A stretch of 64,000 bases of DNA from Ramazzottius varieornatus (lineage: Eukaryota; Animalia; Tardigrada). Numbering within the stretch: position 1 is the stretch's first letter; each line of letters starts with the position of its first letter. Location of the stretch: contig BDGG01000003.1 in assembly GCA_001949185.1 (NCBI GenBank), positions 4,461,092 to 4,525,091 on the forward strand. Reading direction: 5' to 3'. Below, piece by piece: positions 38,430 to 52,613 of the stretch. The translations under genes were made by a program, and so were the position numbers. The notes beneath the pieces were generated by a model. It did no database searches, was not told the origin of the DNA, and was given only the letters and a program-made list of their open reading frames with translations.

Positions 38430-41400
38430 TTAAACTTCTGCACACCGGGAATTTGAATTAGAATTTCCGCTTCCACTTTCGCTGGGCGGATGTACAACAA
38501 GCCTCGGTGTCGAAGTCCGACCTTTGCTCAAGAAATCGCTAACTTGCTCAGGGTCAATCTCTCGTTCCTGCAAGCTGCTTCCGCTAATACTGGAGGTCTC
38601 GTCTTGTTCGTTGTGAGGTTTGGCCCTTACTCGACTCTTTATCTTGCCTTTCTTATCTTTCTTCTTTTGCTTCGGACAGTATATTACAAGGGCATCTCGA
38701 ACTCCATTCACATTGGAGACGGGAACCAGGAACTTCTTGGACTTGCCCCATACGAGGTTGAGCGGCATGGCTGGCAGAGAATGGCCGCTGTTGATGGGAT
38801 GCTTGAGCGACAAACGCTCGTGGCAATTTAGGTTATTCTGAGCAAGGAGGCTATTTTGCCGAGTACTCAGAAAGGCCAACTCATCCACGGAGGAGGAAGG
38901 ACGGTACCGCAGGCTGCTGCCGAGAGCTTGGGAGTTGATTGAATGGATAGAGTACTGCTCATGATGTATTTCCGCTCGAGGGTACAAGCAGTAACACAAG
39001 GTCGAACGGTACGCTTTACGAAATCTTGCGGACAGAATGGAGTACAGGAATGGATTTACCTGCGAAGAACAGCGTTATTGCCTAAAGTTGCTCGCCGAAA
39101 GTTCGTCCACTACGAAAGGGCGGCAGACGAAACGTGCCAGAGGTGTTATCGGAAGTGGCGCACTTTCTCATTGTTTTCGGCTGGAAGCTTGAGCGATTTG
39201 AAACAACGATCTTGTGCGCTTCGTTTGCTGCGACCTCTTAAATGGTAAGATCCGGAACTTACCGTGGACGCACCGTAGTAGAAAACGCCTGCAAGAAAAA
39301 AATTAACCTTTGTTTCGTTACAAGGAAGTACGGGTTGGAAGATTGAGTTTCGCCGTACCGGAAATGTACGTGAGGACTCGGTGGATAAACATGTTGTTAT
39401 GGTCCCAGTGTTTCTCGTACACGGCATGCATTCTCTGTAAAAACGAAGGACATGCCACACCCGGACAGATAATCCGCGTCAGGAAAAACGAGGAGGTCTT
39501 GCCGGTCCTTACTTGAGCGTGATGTGGAGCATAGCAGACGAAAAAGGCTAAGGCCACCGCCACTGCAAAAAAATAGAAATTATTCCTGAACGAATAGAAC
39601 ATACATAAACCGGAAGCTCCGGGGCGGTTGGACAGTAAGTCAAAGTGAAATATCATTCAGATATCTTTAACAATCGAGTGGCGAATTTAGACTGCCAAAA
39701 TTCGGAAGTTAATCGATAAAAGTCGACTTCCTGCCTTACGGCACTCAGATGACGTGACTAACTTCGTTCCGCTAGGTCCTTCACCCATCATTTAAATTTC
39801 AGATTTTCTAATCCTCGACCATAAAGCAACTAATGAGACTACTACACTATATAGTCCAGCAAACGCTCTCATGCCACGCCCAACGTATAAGCTAACCTCG
39901 AGCTCGTTGTTCTTTCTTTTGGGGACTTGGGATACGAGGAACTTAGAGTAGTGCTCCAGCTCAAGGGTTGCCGCGTATGTGGGACGCATCCAAGTTCAAG
40001 ATGACTTTGGACTCTCGGACAATACCGTCGTCTCGTTGAACAGACACATTGCACTCCACACATACTCAACATGCAGCTGGAAGAGCCTCGTTTCCGGCAA
40101 AGACCAATCACACTTTTGTTGCCACATATGATCATAGGAAGCGAAGTCAGAACGTTGTCGGAACACAGATACCTATGCACTTATATACCTTCCAGGACTC
40201 AACTTGTAATAGCTGGCGAATGAAAAGTAGAAAATCGTTACCTCAAGTGACGCGCCTTTCCATTGTTACTGGTGAGAAGGGTGCGCCACTCAAGATAACG
40301 ACCTTCTACGTTTTGTTTTCCCAGCTCTCATTCACTACCTGTAGAACGACGTTCAAATTTAGGAGACCTCGGAGACCTTTTCAAGTTCCGGCGACGTGAA
40401 TCTCATTTTGCTCTTTTGAGACACTGGAATGACAAGAGGTGATTGGGCCGCGCCTTCGTCCTGTGTTACTTCCGGATCCCAGCTTATGCTGCTTCTAATC
40501 TAGAAAATCCCTATTCAACCAGTGTTCAGTCTTTCACCCCAACTTGCAGCTTCGCTAAGAAAAGGCTGGATGATCCACGATGGCACGAGATGCTTGTCAG
40601 CAATACAGATGGTAACATACATCATCGTTCTTCCTAGTGGATTGCAGTTGGCATTGGCTAGGAACTTGTGACGAAGGACAAGCCTCTTGATTGATCGTCA
40701 AGGCAATTAAATTAGAAAGTGGAACACAATCCCTGCTACTGGAAAAAGAAGACTGTGGAAGCCCAGCCGGAAACTTCAGGGCAACAATATTGCCTCTGGT
40801 CTAAGTATACTGACGTGCATTGCGTGATGCAGTACAATTTTAGCCAGCAACGTGACCGTATGACTGTAATATCTCACGGTCCGTATGCGTATGCCGAGTG
40901 CAATGTCAAGAGGAACCCTACTGTTCCACACATCCCACTTTCATCCCACTGATTGACATCCGACAATGGAAAAGCCATCCAGAATCAAAACAGTGTTCGG
41001 TTTGGAGCCTCAGTCAGTCTGAGTTGAATATCGCTCTTCAGCCGACGGTGTCTACAACGAACCTTTGCGTCTTGTTCCGGTGCTCTCAAGAAAACTATTC
41101 CAGAATCGCACTGGATGTCTCATTTCACGCAGTAACTCCCTTCATGCTACTCGGTATTGTCGGTGTTCCAGTTTCGTTTAGCAATGGGACTAGGCAAACG
41201 AAATCGGTTAAATGAATTTGTAAGCGGTGCACGGTTCCAACCAACAACACTGATGACGTGCGCCGTTCGGAATGGCAAACTCGACAAGATAGTTTTTCCA
41301 AGTGGCACATGCATCAGGCAAACATCACAGACTACATGCGCCACTTGGCAAAAAAACCTTGTCGAGATTGCTTGCCCAGTTCCATTTACTGCCGTTATTC

Positions 41401-43666
41401 TAAAGCAGCGCTGAAGGTGGTAGTAAGCCGATTATGACAAATATGGGGAAGGATGTATCAATCATGAATGATCATGCATGACCGACAACAGCACCCATAA
41501 AAATCGAAGAAGGATCCTGCCTGCTTTTCTTTGCCTTTTAGAACCGTTGTCAGATGTAAATCGCTCAATTCTTTACACTTCGGTGTAAAATTTCACGCCT
41601 GGACCTGACCTTTTGAAATTTGTAATGTCGATCTATCAGCTAGCCGTGGTAATGATTATTAATGATAGTGCTATCATAGAGACTTGCCTAGCATCTTCAG
41701 GACGGCTTGACGACCTTGAGTCATTTGGCTAATCTGCTGTTGCACAGTTGTCGCTCCATTAGACAACGTGTGATGGGGGGAGTGTTCGGAGCCGACAGAT
41801 TCCCGCGTCAGATAGGACGACCGGCGGAGATGAAGCGCTATGCTGATGTGCAACGCAACTATAACGAACATTGGCAGGAAGAAGAAGACGAAAGTACTGA
41901 ACTGGATCAAAATGACCATCGGACCTGCAAAAGACCAGAAACTCAATTGAACTAAAAAGTTGCTATGTCATAAACCCGTATAACAACGTAGCCGCCACGG
42001 TTCGATTCTGAGCCAAGTCACACTTCTGCAATTTTCAAAGGAAATAATCGTAGAAAAATGGCAAAATATTCGAGCTGTCAAGGACAACAAGAGAAAAACA
42101 GCTGGAAACTGGGAAAATTTGGGTATAGCTTGTTTGTAAGATCGAGAGTATTACCGACCTTCCGCGCGAGCTGTACAGACAGCAGATTCCGGAATGTCCA
42201 CACCGCCCATATTGGCGGCCCAAAGTGTGTCTGACGGATATGGAAACCTCAGGACGCTGAACTCGAGACCCATCGGACCAGCCGCGGTGAAAGCCAGGAT
42301 CCAGGAAATCATTATCGTCAGTATGACACGCGAGGACTTTGTCCGGAAATGGATATTCTTAAAAGGATGGCATATGGCCACATATCTGCAAGCAACCAAA
42401 ACAAATACTTTCTAATGTGCAGCGTGACTTAATTTGCAAAGGGATATCCGCGGAAAGACAAACATTAATTATTATTATCCCAAGAAACGAATCACTTCCA
42501 CTCACACGGAAATAATTGACTTGTACGTCAGAGCGACAAAATTGCGAGTGGGAGGTTTCCGTAAATTTTTGATTTGAATTTTGATTTAGAAAAAATGCCA
42601 GCAAACCTGGCGTCCAAGATCGCTTACTCAAGTGGCGCACGCGTCCAGCCAATAACAACGAAGAAGTGCGCCACTTGAAACAAGAATCCAGAGTTGTTTG
42701 GGTCAAGTCAGAGCACTCCTCACTAATGCATGACCAACCTTTCAACGGTGAAAGCTAAAATGGTAAAGACACTGGAAAGAGTAGAGGCTTCGGAAACCCA
42801 AGCTCGCGCTTGGCAGAACGGCTCCGGAAAGGGATACGGGTATTCCTCAAACAGTTGCTGCAAGGAAAAACAACTTTACGGTTTGAGGAACGCCAGCACT
42901 GTAATATGGTATTTGATAGGCGGAAGATCAAACTGTCGGAAGTCGACACGCAAGATTTAGCAAGTTATGACAACTTACATAAACTTCGAATGGCAATCCA
43001 AGAATCAGAGAAATAAGATCCGAGATGGCCAAGTTTATTAGATAGTAATTGGTTCCCCCAGAATGCATCCGAGGATTCTTTGAGATGACCCAGACGGTGA
43101 CAGTGTTCCCCACGGTCCCTGTGAAGAGAGATCAAAGAAGAAATTGGAGGCTCGGCAAACAGACCGGCAGCTATTTTTTCCCAAGTGACGCACGCGTTCA
43201 GCTAATGTTACCGAAGACGCGCGCCACCTGAAAAACACTGGAACAGATTTCTTCTTTACGTGGCGGACATTTTCAGTCTAATTGGCTAGGAACGTACGCC
43301 ACTTGACAAAACGACCTTGAGGAGTTTGATTGCCGAACTCACACAATCATGATTTGGAGAAAACAGAAATATAGATTTCGCTGTCTAGAAGGAGAATTTA
43401 CCCGTTATGAAAATCAAGACGTAAAAGAAGCACATCGGGATCAAAATTTCCAGCGAAGCGCGTTGTGGACCCAGCAGTTTAGTTTCCAGATATTCCTTGA
43501 CGGCAATTTTGCGAAATGGCTCGTCGAAGATGGTAGAAATTTGTGATGGTGCCAGGGTAAAGTTGTCCCTGTCGGCAAAGAGGAACTGGACAGTGTCGCC
43601 CATACTGGAACTGCTCCAGTTGAAGTCCATCAATGGCCAATGGAGGTCCTCATCCTTATTATCCAT
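38430..43666 (-). CDS. Class A peptide GPCR, neuromedin-U/pyrokinin/CAPA (PRXamide) receptor-like
   Basis: Nine exons: GN (TM1), TNYYLINLAISD, GLPFE, TILAFTVERYVAICHP, STFVFFFLPM, FFVCYAPHHAQR, YYGASTVNPFLYSILSARFRKA. Confidence 0.92.
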
Positions 43667-44946
43667 GACTGGGACGTCGACAAGGACCTTGAGCGTTAAT
43701 ACTGGACAGGAGTGTTTAGATGAGGTAATGGATACCGTAAAGTCAAAAGAATCAGAGCCCAATGTGGGATGTCGGCCTCCTGCATGTTGCCGCTCGACAG
43801 TCGTCAAGAGCGCGGCCAGCGCATTCGCAAACAATGAAAAGGCAAATCTTATTAAATCCGATTGGGCTTCCACCGGAAAAGTCGCATTCACCACATGAAA
43901 GCCGCCTTAAAGACAAATTAAATAGCAGTACAAAAGGGAGGAGGGAATGCTTGCAAAAAGGAAGGCTCAGCCATGCGCATCGCCGCGTCCTCCGGATGGC
44001 GACCTAATAGGCTTCACAGGACTTTGACTGTACAATACGCGAGGTCTTCACACTGTAAGAGGGTCGTCCTCCGTCCCGAATACAAATAACAGCAAGGATA
44101 TTTTAGAACAAATTAAACACTCGTAAATCTTTCAGAAAGACCGGAGAAAAACACATTCCAGACGAAATTACGGACTAGGTTAGTGGAAGCAATGGCGCCA
44201 TTCAATCACTGTAATGTCTCTGCGATTCTTCGCCTGTCACACACGCTGATTAGTGTTACGTGGTTTTGGACAGAAGAAAAAGACAGACCAAGATGAAGAA
44301 ATTCAATATGGTGTTACATCGTGGAAGAGAACCGAAGGAGACCGGAGTTCTCGCTGCCATGCATGACCAAGAGTGCAGATTGGGAGACACCCGGCAAACG
44401 CCATGCAGCTGACTTCCGGAAGGTCCCTGTGCGGCGCTGCCCAGGCTAAACGCTGCGCGGCGATTGGTGGAAGGAGGCTCGCTTGTAATTACTGCGATAA
44501 CTCAATCAGAGCATAATATTTGCTCCTTCTAATGTGCACGGATAACGATCGCGTCAACAGAGTTACGGACGTCAACGAGTTTCCCATGAAGCTGCATGGC
44601 TTCTTTGGAGAAACGCCTTTCCGTAAGACTAGCAACAGTATGGCTGCTCGTTCAGTTCGCGCCGCGACGCCAACGGGTGGAACCAACTGTAATGCTCACT
44701 GCTAATGCGTCTAATGCACCGGAACGAACCTTCATAAGAATCCAACCGACACCACCATCAGTGCTAATCAATATCCTACTTACTTCATCACAATCCGTTC
44801 TTGTTTTGTCTACAGGAAAACGATACACCGTCGACAAGACGGGACTTCCGGCCGTAATGAACATTAACAACAAAAACCTTTCCTGTACTGTATTGCATAT
44901 GTTCACATTTCGGGAAAAAACCCGCGGGCTTGAATATTGTTATGTA

Positions 44947-45670
44947 CACGCAGGACGAGATATCATGGTCCAGTAAAAATTACGGGCCAGGCGGAAAAGA
45001 CGGCAAATTTCCTATTTGTATGGAAGCGAGAAACAGAAATCGGACAAATGACGTATTGAGAGTAAAATTCAACCGTAGAAAATTGTCATGGACCGTGGCT
45101 ATCAGCTGATCATCTGTTTTACTCTTACACTTTAACGCTGCTTTGCATGGCTATTCGACTTCTTTCGGGAAGCTCTGGACTTGTTGTCTCGATATCCTTC
45201 CCGCAAGCGTCTATGAAAATTTCCCAGCCTTTCAAGACCAAGCGGCATTGACAATACACCGAAGAAGCCCTGAAGGACGCTCTATCGGCTGTCGAGGATG
45301 GAATGGCACATGCGAGAAGCAGCTCGGGTGTTTAAAGTTCCGCGCACCACCGTTAAACGCTATTTATTCGTTCTGCCTAGTGGTTTTGGTTTCTGAGTAC
45401 CATTGAGATTAGAAACTCCACATTTGGCATGATATGTTATTCTGACTGTTGACGGTGCGCTTGTTCCGGTAGAATAGACTCAATAGAGATCGAAATTTTA
45501 TAATAAATATGGCAAGTTTTAGCTCCTCGGTTTAATATCCAGCACGTTCGTACAGCAGTCCAGCCTTCGATGTTGATTTTTACTTTTAGCAAGAATCACC
45601 TGCCATTGCCGCCGCAGCGAAAAGGCGTGGCCCGTAAATTTTACTGGCCTATAATATCTCGTCCAGCGTG
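44947..45670. mobile_element. TA-flanked element, longer copy of the 34.1-kb family, with HTH-psq remnant
   Basis: Same TIRs and internal sequence as 34100-34555, plus an extra ~270 bp encoding YTEEALKDALSAVEDGM/MREAARVFKVPRTTV (frameshifted pipsqueak HTH). Confidence 0.85.
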
Positions 45671-47827
45671 TACTCCTTTCGAATAAGAACGAAACTTCGC
45701 GGAATTTCCTATACAACCACGAAGCGTTAAATGACTGTTTTGGTTAAGGAACCAGGACTCTAATTGCGCCATCGCTCGTAAATCGGTAGCTCGGTAAACA
45801 CTCGGCGATATCGTTTTCCCCAGTGGCGCACGCAGACAACCACAACTACCGAAAACGTGCGTCACTTGGGAAAACTTGGCGGAATCGTTATTCCAAGTGG
45901 CGCACGGTTTCAGCCAGGAACATCGAAGACGTGCACCACTTGGTGAAACAATCTTGCCAAGTCTTCTTGCCAAGCTCCCATGTTTGATGATAAAGTGTTC
46001 CGATACTTCACCGGAAAACCTGGTTCGTGGAGTCGGTCCATTTCAAGAAGAAGTCCCTCATTAGGCTGATTGTGCTGATTTTCCAGCGAACGTTATCTAA
46101 CCCGCAACAAGCAAGCCATGATTAATGATGTGCGGTAGTTTGAAATAGCAATCACGCTAAATTTCTGCGTTCGTGTGCATGGCATGCACGCCACGACCTG
46201 TGAGAAATCTGGTGTAGCTCCGCGGACACCAGATTAACCACGCTAACGAAGCAGGCCATCTCTCCCATGATTCAACCCCTAAAGTTAGTCGGGAGCGCGC
46301 GCGTAGGTTTATCAAAGGATCGTGGCTAAAGCACCATTCTGGTTCACCGACTTCTTCGTTCCCCTGGTGGAAATTTCCAGCTCAGTCCACAAAATTAACA
46401 GTCAGTTTAGTCACATGCGGAGAAGTACGACAAAGTATAGTTTTTCTGGAATTAATAAAGCGGTCCACGCCTTCGCGAAATTCGATCAAGACCCTGCCGA
46501 TAGTCGCTATTGCATGTAAATCGGCCTAGACAGCGCTCCACAAAAGATGCGGTGATAACTGGCATCAAAAGCGCACGTAATTAGGGCCATGCCAAGCTTC
46601 TCCAGACAAAGGAACACTCCCTAGGAAACCGCTGCTTTCTAAAGCGTTATTCAGTTAATGACAACCTGATGAATAACGCCCAAGAAAAGACTCCGTGTCG
46701 TTCCCCTCACGAACCTAACCGACTCGTGTTAAAAACTCCCTCCCTACGACTGCGACGGCCTAAATTAGCGTCTTTATTCTTGGGAAAGACTGATGAAATT
46801 GGACGGGGAAGAAATGCGCCGCATGTACTTCAACGGTATCTTCCGATACTTGAGCCTGTTCAAGACAATGTAACCTGGAACTCGTTGGCGCATGCGCCGA
46901 CTTCAAGACGTAGTCTTTTTCGAGAGATTACGAACTCCAGGCACGATCATTAGGAAATCAGATGCAATTCCCATGAGGGTATTTTGAGTGCTCTGTGGAA
47001 TATTTACAAAGACCATCCCGGCTTCAGAGTACAATAAAGCAAGACCTGGAACGTGACGAGAAGCCATTATAAAACATTGAACACCTCGAATAATCGTGTG
47101 CATGAAGGTCGTGCGGTGTAATGCTCGATGTAAACCGGAAAGAAAGAGAGGGGTATAACAGAGCGCCCGTTCGTCAAAACCTCCAGAAAAGCAAGCATGC
47201 TGTTGAGCGCCGAGTAGGATCATTTTGGAGACGGAAAGGTCCCACGGGACCTTCAAGACTTTGACTACTTCTATTACGTAAGTGATGCTATCCCCTTAAG
47301 ATGACGGGTTTTCCACCCGTATCAACGAACTGGAGATACAGTACATTACAATGCGACATGACTGACGCGCGAGGACGGGTTTTCGATCCACACCGACCGA
47401 CGAGTCGATAACACCGTAAAATTCCCATTGTACGATGAGAAAGAAACCCTACCGTTGGGACCGTGCCGGGTTCCTTGTTGCACCGGACGTAAAACATTGG
47501 AGCGCGGCAAACTAAACTCAGTCAGATCGTCTTCCAAGCGGCGCACGGTTCTGATGTTCCTAAGCGAGAGCGTGCGCCACTTGAGGAAATGATCTGGTCG
47601 AGTGTTTTCGCCGCGCTACCTGAACAGTTATTATTATGGTCTATTTCAATTTTCTCTTCGAGAACTCTAGCTTTCGCCCCCAGATATTACGGTTTTTGAT
47701 GAGCCGTTAATTTGGCTTTGAAGTAGCACTGCAAGCCCAGCAGTTCAAAACTCGAATATGTATATAAAATTCTGTATGAAAATTTGTTGCACGTACCAGA
47801 AATGTCCGAAAGAGAGAATTCTACCGT

Positions 47828-48965
47828 CTACATGAAGTCGTCGTCGTCTTGGATGTCCCGATTGCTTTTCATCTGATCTGGTTTCATAAGGTTGGAATAA
47901 GACCTGGAAAGGAAATTTCGATCTAAAACTCATCCTGTTATGTCAAGAAAAACGTTTCCAACCAACTTCAAACTCGCTTCCTCCTGGTTTCTTTTGGCTT
48001 CTTCGGCTTCCCGTGCTTTTTGCTCACGCGCCTCACGCCTCTTGTCCTCACGCTCCTTCTTGTCCCTTTCCTCTTTTTCTTCGATGAACTTCTGGGTAGA
48101 TTTCTCCGTCTTGGTCTTATCCAACCTGTTGACGATTTCGTTTATCCGTTTCTCAACACGTGCCCTTCTGACAGCTTTCTGGTCGTGGAAGCCAACTTGT
48201 CCCGTGTCCATGTCACCGGTTTTCTTGAGGTTGGAAGCCAATGTGTATACGATCCCCACATTGTTCTCCTTATTTCCTAGAAAGGTATCATTTTCTTTCT
48301 GCAATTTTAGATAGAAAAACTACAATGTGACGTGGGCAAATGAATTGCGCCACATCGTCAAATCAAGCGGCGCACGTTTTCTTTGTTATGTGTGGAAAAA
48401 AATCTGGTGTCATCATTTGCTCACGTCTCAAAACTTCCTAAGTTGTACCTTGAATGCTATTGGCTTTCACCAGCTGACAGCAATCCATGACGACCGCTTC
48501 CGGCAGAGTGTCCAGCGTTTGGCCCTGTTAAGAGATAACGCATAACAGCCAACCAGAGTTTCAAGTCGACATTGAAGCAACAACAGGTGGAGTTTTGATA
48601 CTCGGCAATATAGCGATACTAGGATGGGAATACCATCGTACGGGTTGCAAGCGGAGGTAGACGTGGGCAGATGACAGCTTATCGACGTGAAACCACACAT
48701 CTTCGGGCCAGGAATGTTTGATCAGTTCTTCATCTGGAAAGCAAATGTCTTTAAGAAGACCGTGGACGATACTATTTGACTCTGTGAAACAGGCTCGGCT
48801 TACTCTCATGTTTGTCCAGTCCCATATACATCATTACCGGTGGATCGACCACTACAAAGTAAGTATCTCATCTAGAAAACGGTGAACACGAAGCACTTCC
48901 GGAGGTACCTGCTTCGTTTTCATATGGCCAGTGAGCTTACCTCTGGACGCGAAAAAGAAAACCAT
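47828..48965 (-). CDS. CCDC25: Coiled-coil domain-containing protein 25
   Basis: [70 protein letters not shown]-terminal DDDDFM. Confidence 0.96.
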
Positions 48966-50287
48966 GACGGCGAAGGTGGATGAACGACGAGATGGAGTTC
49001 CGTTGCGGGACTTCCCGCCCGGAGACGACGAAAGCCGGTGCCCGATCCCGGATGTCGCAGCAGCTGCGAAACAGGAAGAGCATCCGTTCTAACTCCGGAC
49101 AAGAACTGGACGACGATAAATAATGTCAACTTTCAGGTGTTTTGCTACATTCCCCAGGGGCATATCTCAAACGAGCCGGGGCGAATTCAAAGCCGGATTT
49201 TCCAACCCGGTGCGGCGGGCAAACCGACCTATTTCGTACGACTTGTACTGAACATCGCCCGGTTGTTTCCGTTTTGACCGCTCGCTCGACCGACGTCCAG
49301 GCCCAGGCCGCCCAGCTGACTCCAGCACAGTTCAGATGCAGTTTCTGCTTCTGAATATTTTATCGTAGGTACTTCTCGTTCAGTCGAAGACGTGAAAAAG
49401 CCCATGGATCGTCCTGTTCCGAACTGATACCAGCGGTCTGTGCCTAGTTCCTGATCGCGGTCCACAGACAAGTTATGGAAACTTCCGGAAGCATGGAAGC
49501 CACCGACTCCAGTTACGCTGCTGCAGAGAACGAAGAATTGACTAACAACTTCACCGGGGTGGAAATAGGGCATCGTCTTTCTTCATTTACTCAGGAAGAG
49601 GTCTGCGGATATCTGGATTTTGATACGACCGCTGTAGCCGCGGACCGAGAATTAAGGCTGGATTCTCTATCATTTTTACTGTCGTAGTCAAATAACACTG
49701 TCGATGAAGATTACCGCCGATACCGGATATGGTGCTGTACGAGCTGAGGTCGTCGTGCACACTGCGCAAGTAGTTTGTCACAAAGAAAGCTGATCAGTTT
49801 CTTTGACGATAATAATGCTCTTTTTTCTAGAGAGGGGCGCTTTTTCAGAATTAACAATCGAAAATGGATGAAGAAAACGGATCTTTGCTGGGAGGAGCTC
49901 ACAGTTGGATATTCTGGACTGCGCGTTCTTGGGTGGACTGCTGAAGATATCTTGCGGAGTTCCCAAACCTCCTTCCTCCATTCCAGGTGACTTCATGAGG
50001 ATCCAAACCCTAACGAGACTGCTCAGTTTCTAAGCACTGTAGTACGTGCTTTTCTCTTTTGTTTACTGTATATGACCTGCACTAGTTGGTCCTTTTAGCA
50101 TTGTGTAGCACTCGTAGTTTGCTTTTTTCGAAACGTCGGAGAACTCCAAGTTCTTCCGTGGCCCGTTCTTCGTAACCATGTTTCGTCATTTCCGAAGCTT
50201 TAATTTTTGAAATGGCTCTTATTTTCAGCGCTCATCAACATCACTAGTCTTGGAATATTCAAAGGTTCTTGAGCATAACTATCCCAG

Positions 50288-52613
50288 CTACGCCCATATG
50301 CATGCTTTAGGATCGACACTATGAATGGCCGCAACCGAGCTCCTCGAACTTGACCCATCACGAGAAACAAGCAAATGGCGCTGTGACGGAGGTGTAATTT
50401 GGGGAATTCTGGTACCATAGGGATCCGTGTTTGAGGTTCTCCTTCCATCTTTTAGTTCGTTCCACAAGTATCTACATTCAGATGGTATTCGTCCGTCCGC
50501 AGACCTTGATCGTTTCAATGCTCGTCGTGGTTTTCTCTAAAAACCAGACAGATGACAATTGGAGTACGAGAAAGTATCGATAACCGATTCGTAAAGATGG
50601 TTTCTCGAAGTGGCTCGCCCCTCCAGCTAAGAACAACAGACACGTGCGCCACTTGAAACTGCCATCTAAGTGAGTCCATTTGACAGCTTCTCAGCTCACC
50701 GTGTCAACTTTCTTCAATTTAGAGTCATGGAGAACGTCGTTCTTCACGTAGCCTATAACGACCTTGCATACGACGGATGCCAATCCTAGTAGTCCCAGAC
50801 TTGATCCAACGTGCAGAATGAAGTTGGCGAAGCAAAATTTTCCCGCTTCATCACCAACAAGGAAGACAAAGCGGATTCCCCAGAACTTCACAAGGTCCCA
50901 ACGTAATTGTCCATTATTGTCGTATGAGTAATATGGATGTCTGTAATGACGATAAGGGTTGTAACTGAAGAAAAAAGATTATTATTTATAAGGATTACAT
51001 AACCAACCGGAAGTTCCACCCTTTATCGATCTTGTCGTCCTTATTGTCCAGCCTTCGAAACGAGTAGACGGGTACTCAGGCTTCAACTCTAAAGTCAAGG
51101 TTGCAGTTCCAATCAATGACTATGCCAATAATCCCACCCTGGGGAAAAAAGAGATTACAAAAGACACCAGTGCCATATCCCTATAGAAAATGGTTGATCA
51201 AATATATATCGTGGTGCGATACCTTAACCGCCATAATGTCGAGGTTCTCGCCAGCGAATCTCATTATGTGGCGGAAGCCGAACACCGGGCATGACGGTTC
51301 ATTTACCGGGTGGAAACGACAGGTTTGGAGATATTGCTGGCTATACCTTTCCAGTATATTGCGCCTGCAAAATACATCAATTTCAGCAGATGAGATGATG
51401 AACAAGAGATGGTTCCGAATGCGCGGACCACAACCGGCTCACCTTTTCACCTTAAACCTTGGGAAGGCTCCGAGTCGAACCCTTGAAGATTTGCCTTCCT
51501 TAGTTCCTTAAAGATGACGACTCTTGACTGATATGTAATATTCTTTAGAGCGGCGTATTGTCGGCTTTGCGTCACAACTTATTCCGGGGGAATGTCGACT
51601 TCCGTGGGACACCAGCCACATATTTCACATGTCCCAGTTTTGGCTATACAGCGACCCGTCTTGATGCCGTTGTCAAACGGAATGGGTTCGAAACGTCGGC
51701 ACGACGTGTCGTTCTGTCATATGATGCCGGAAACTCCCACATTACGATCCTGCAATGAGAATCAATTACTTAATGATGAGGGGCATTACCCCAACAAACA
51801 ATAGTGCCTGCTCCATGAGAACGAAAAACCAACTGTGAGCTCGGCAAGCAAACTCGACACCATCTGTGTACCAAGTGGCGTACTATCACCAGGAACGTGC
51901 GCCACTTAGGCAAACAAACTCGGCAAAATCGTGTTTCCAAGTGACGCACGTTGTCAGGTAGTAGCACCAGGGACATGCGTCACTTTAGGAAAACAAATGT
52001 TCTGGAATCGGACTGCCGAGCTCCCAGCTGTAAACCAATCAGGTAAGAGTACCTCGGGACAGAGACATTGGGTCTGGTTTCCGGTATATATCAAATTTGT
52101 GGCAATGAAGAAAGCATTGCTCTCCTGGAGAAGCTATCATGTACAGACAAGAAGGACCACATGCACCTAACGGTCTTGAAGTCGGCGATACCTGAGCGGG
52201 TACGACGAAATCGCTGCTGTCCCAAATTTCTGTACTCCCGTTGTCGATCCGCACCAAAGTACCTTTAACTTTGGTGACCACGCTGCTAGTGACGGCTTCC
52301 CGACTTTGATAGTTCTTTTCGTATAAAAACACGTAACTACGAAGGAGTAAGTTATGTAATACTCGGACGAGGAAGTCATTGCGTGCTTTGGGGAACTTTA
52401 CCCAATCAGGTAGATTATCAATAGGAGCTGGATAATGCGGTAGGTTGCCCCGATCCTTTTGCTTCGAATGGATACAACTCGCGGAGTCTGGTACCTGAAA
52501 CGTGGAAACAGCCCAATGATGGCACCACAAAGAGAAACTGCCGTCCAATCGTAGGATAATTTAGTAAGTGCTCACTGGAACAGGAAAGAGCTGAGGTAGG
52601 ATAAAATTCCCAT
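50288..52613 (-). pseudogene. P2X purinoceptor, apparently disrupted
   Basis: YQTPR, VVTKVKG, CPE, GWCP, FPRF, CPVF, GGIIG, WNCNLD, WNFR, KFWGIRF motifs. In-frame TGAs at 51719 and 51078, a non-canonical donor near 51581, and a missing NFT..KN segment. Confidence 0.85.

Noticed and set aside
38430-39656. Separate gene(s) from the ORFs at 38.4-39.7 kb
   Set aside because: They are the TM6, TM7 and C-tail exons of the GPCR starting at 43666.
39800-41600. Nested gene in the 2.1-kb GPCR intron
   Set aside because: Only short ORFs with no consistent splice pattern or motif.
49020-50000. Plus-strand gene divergent from CCDC25
   Set aside because: Coding-like patches are broken by stops with no usable splice sites. 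Unresolved; possibly a relic.
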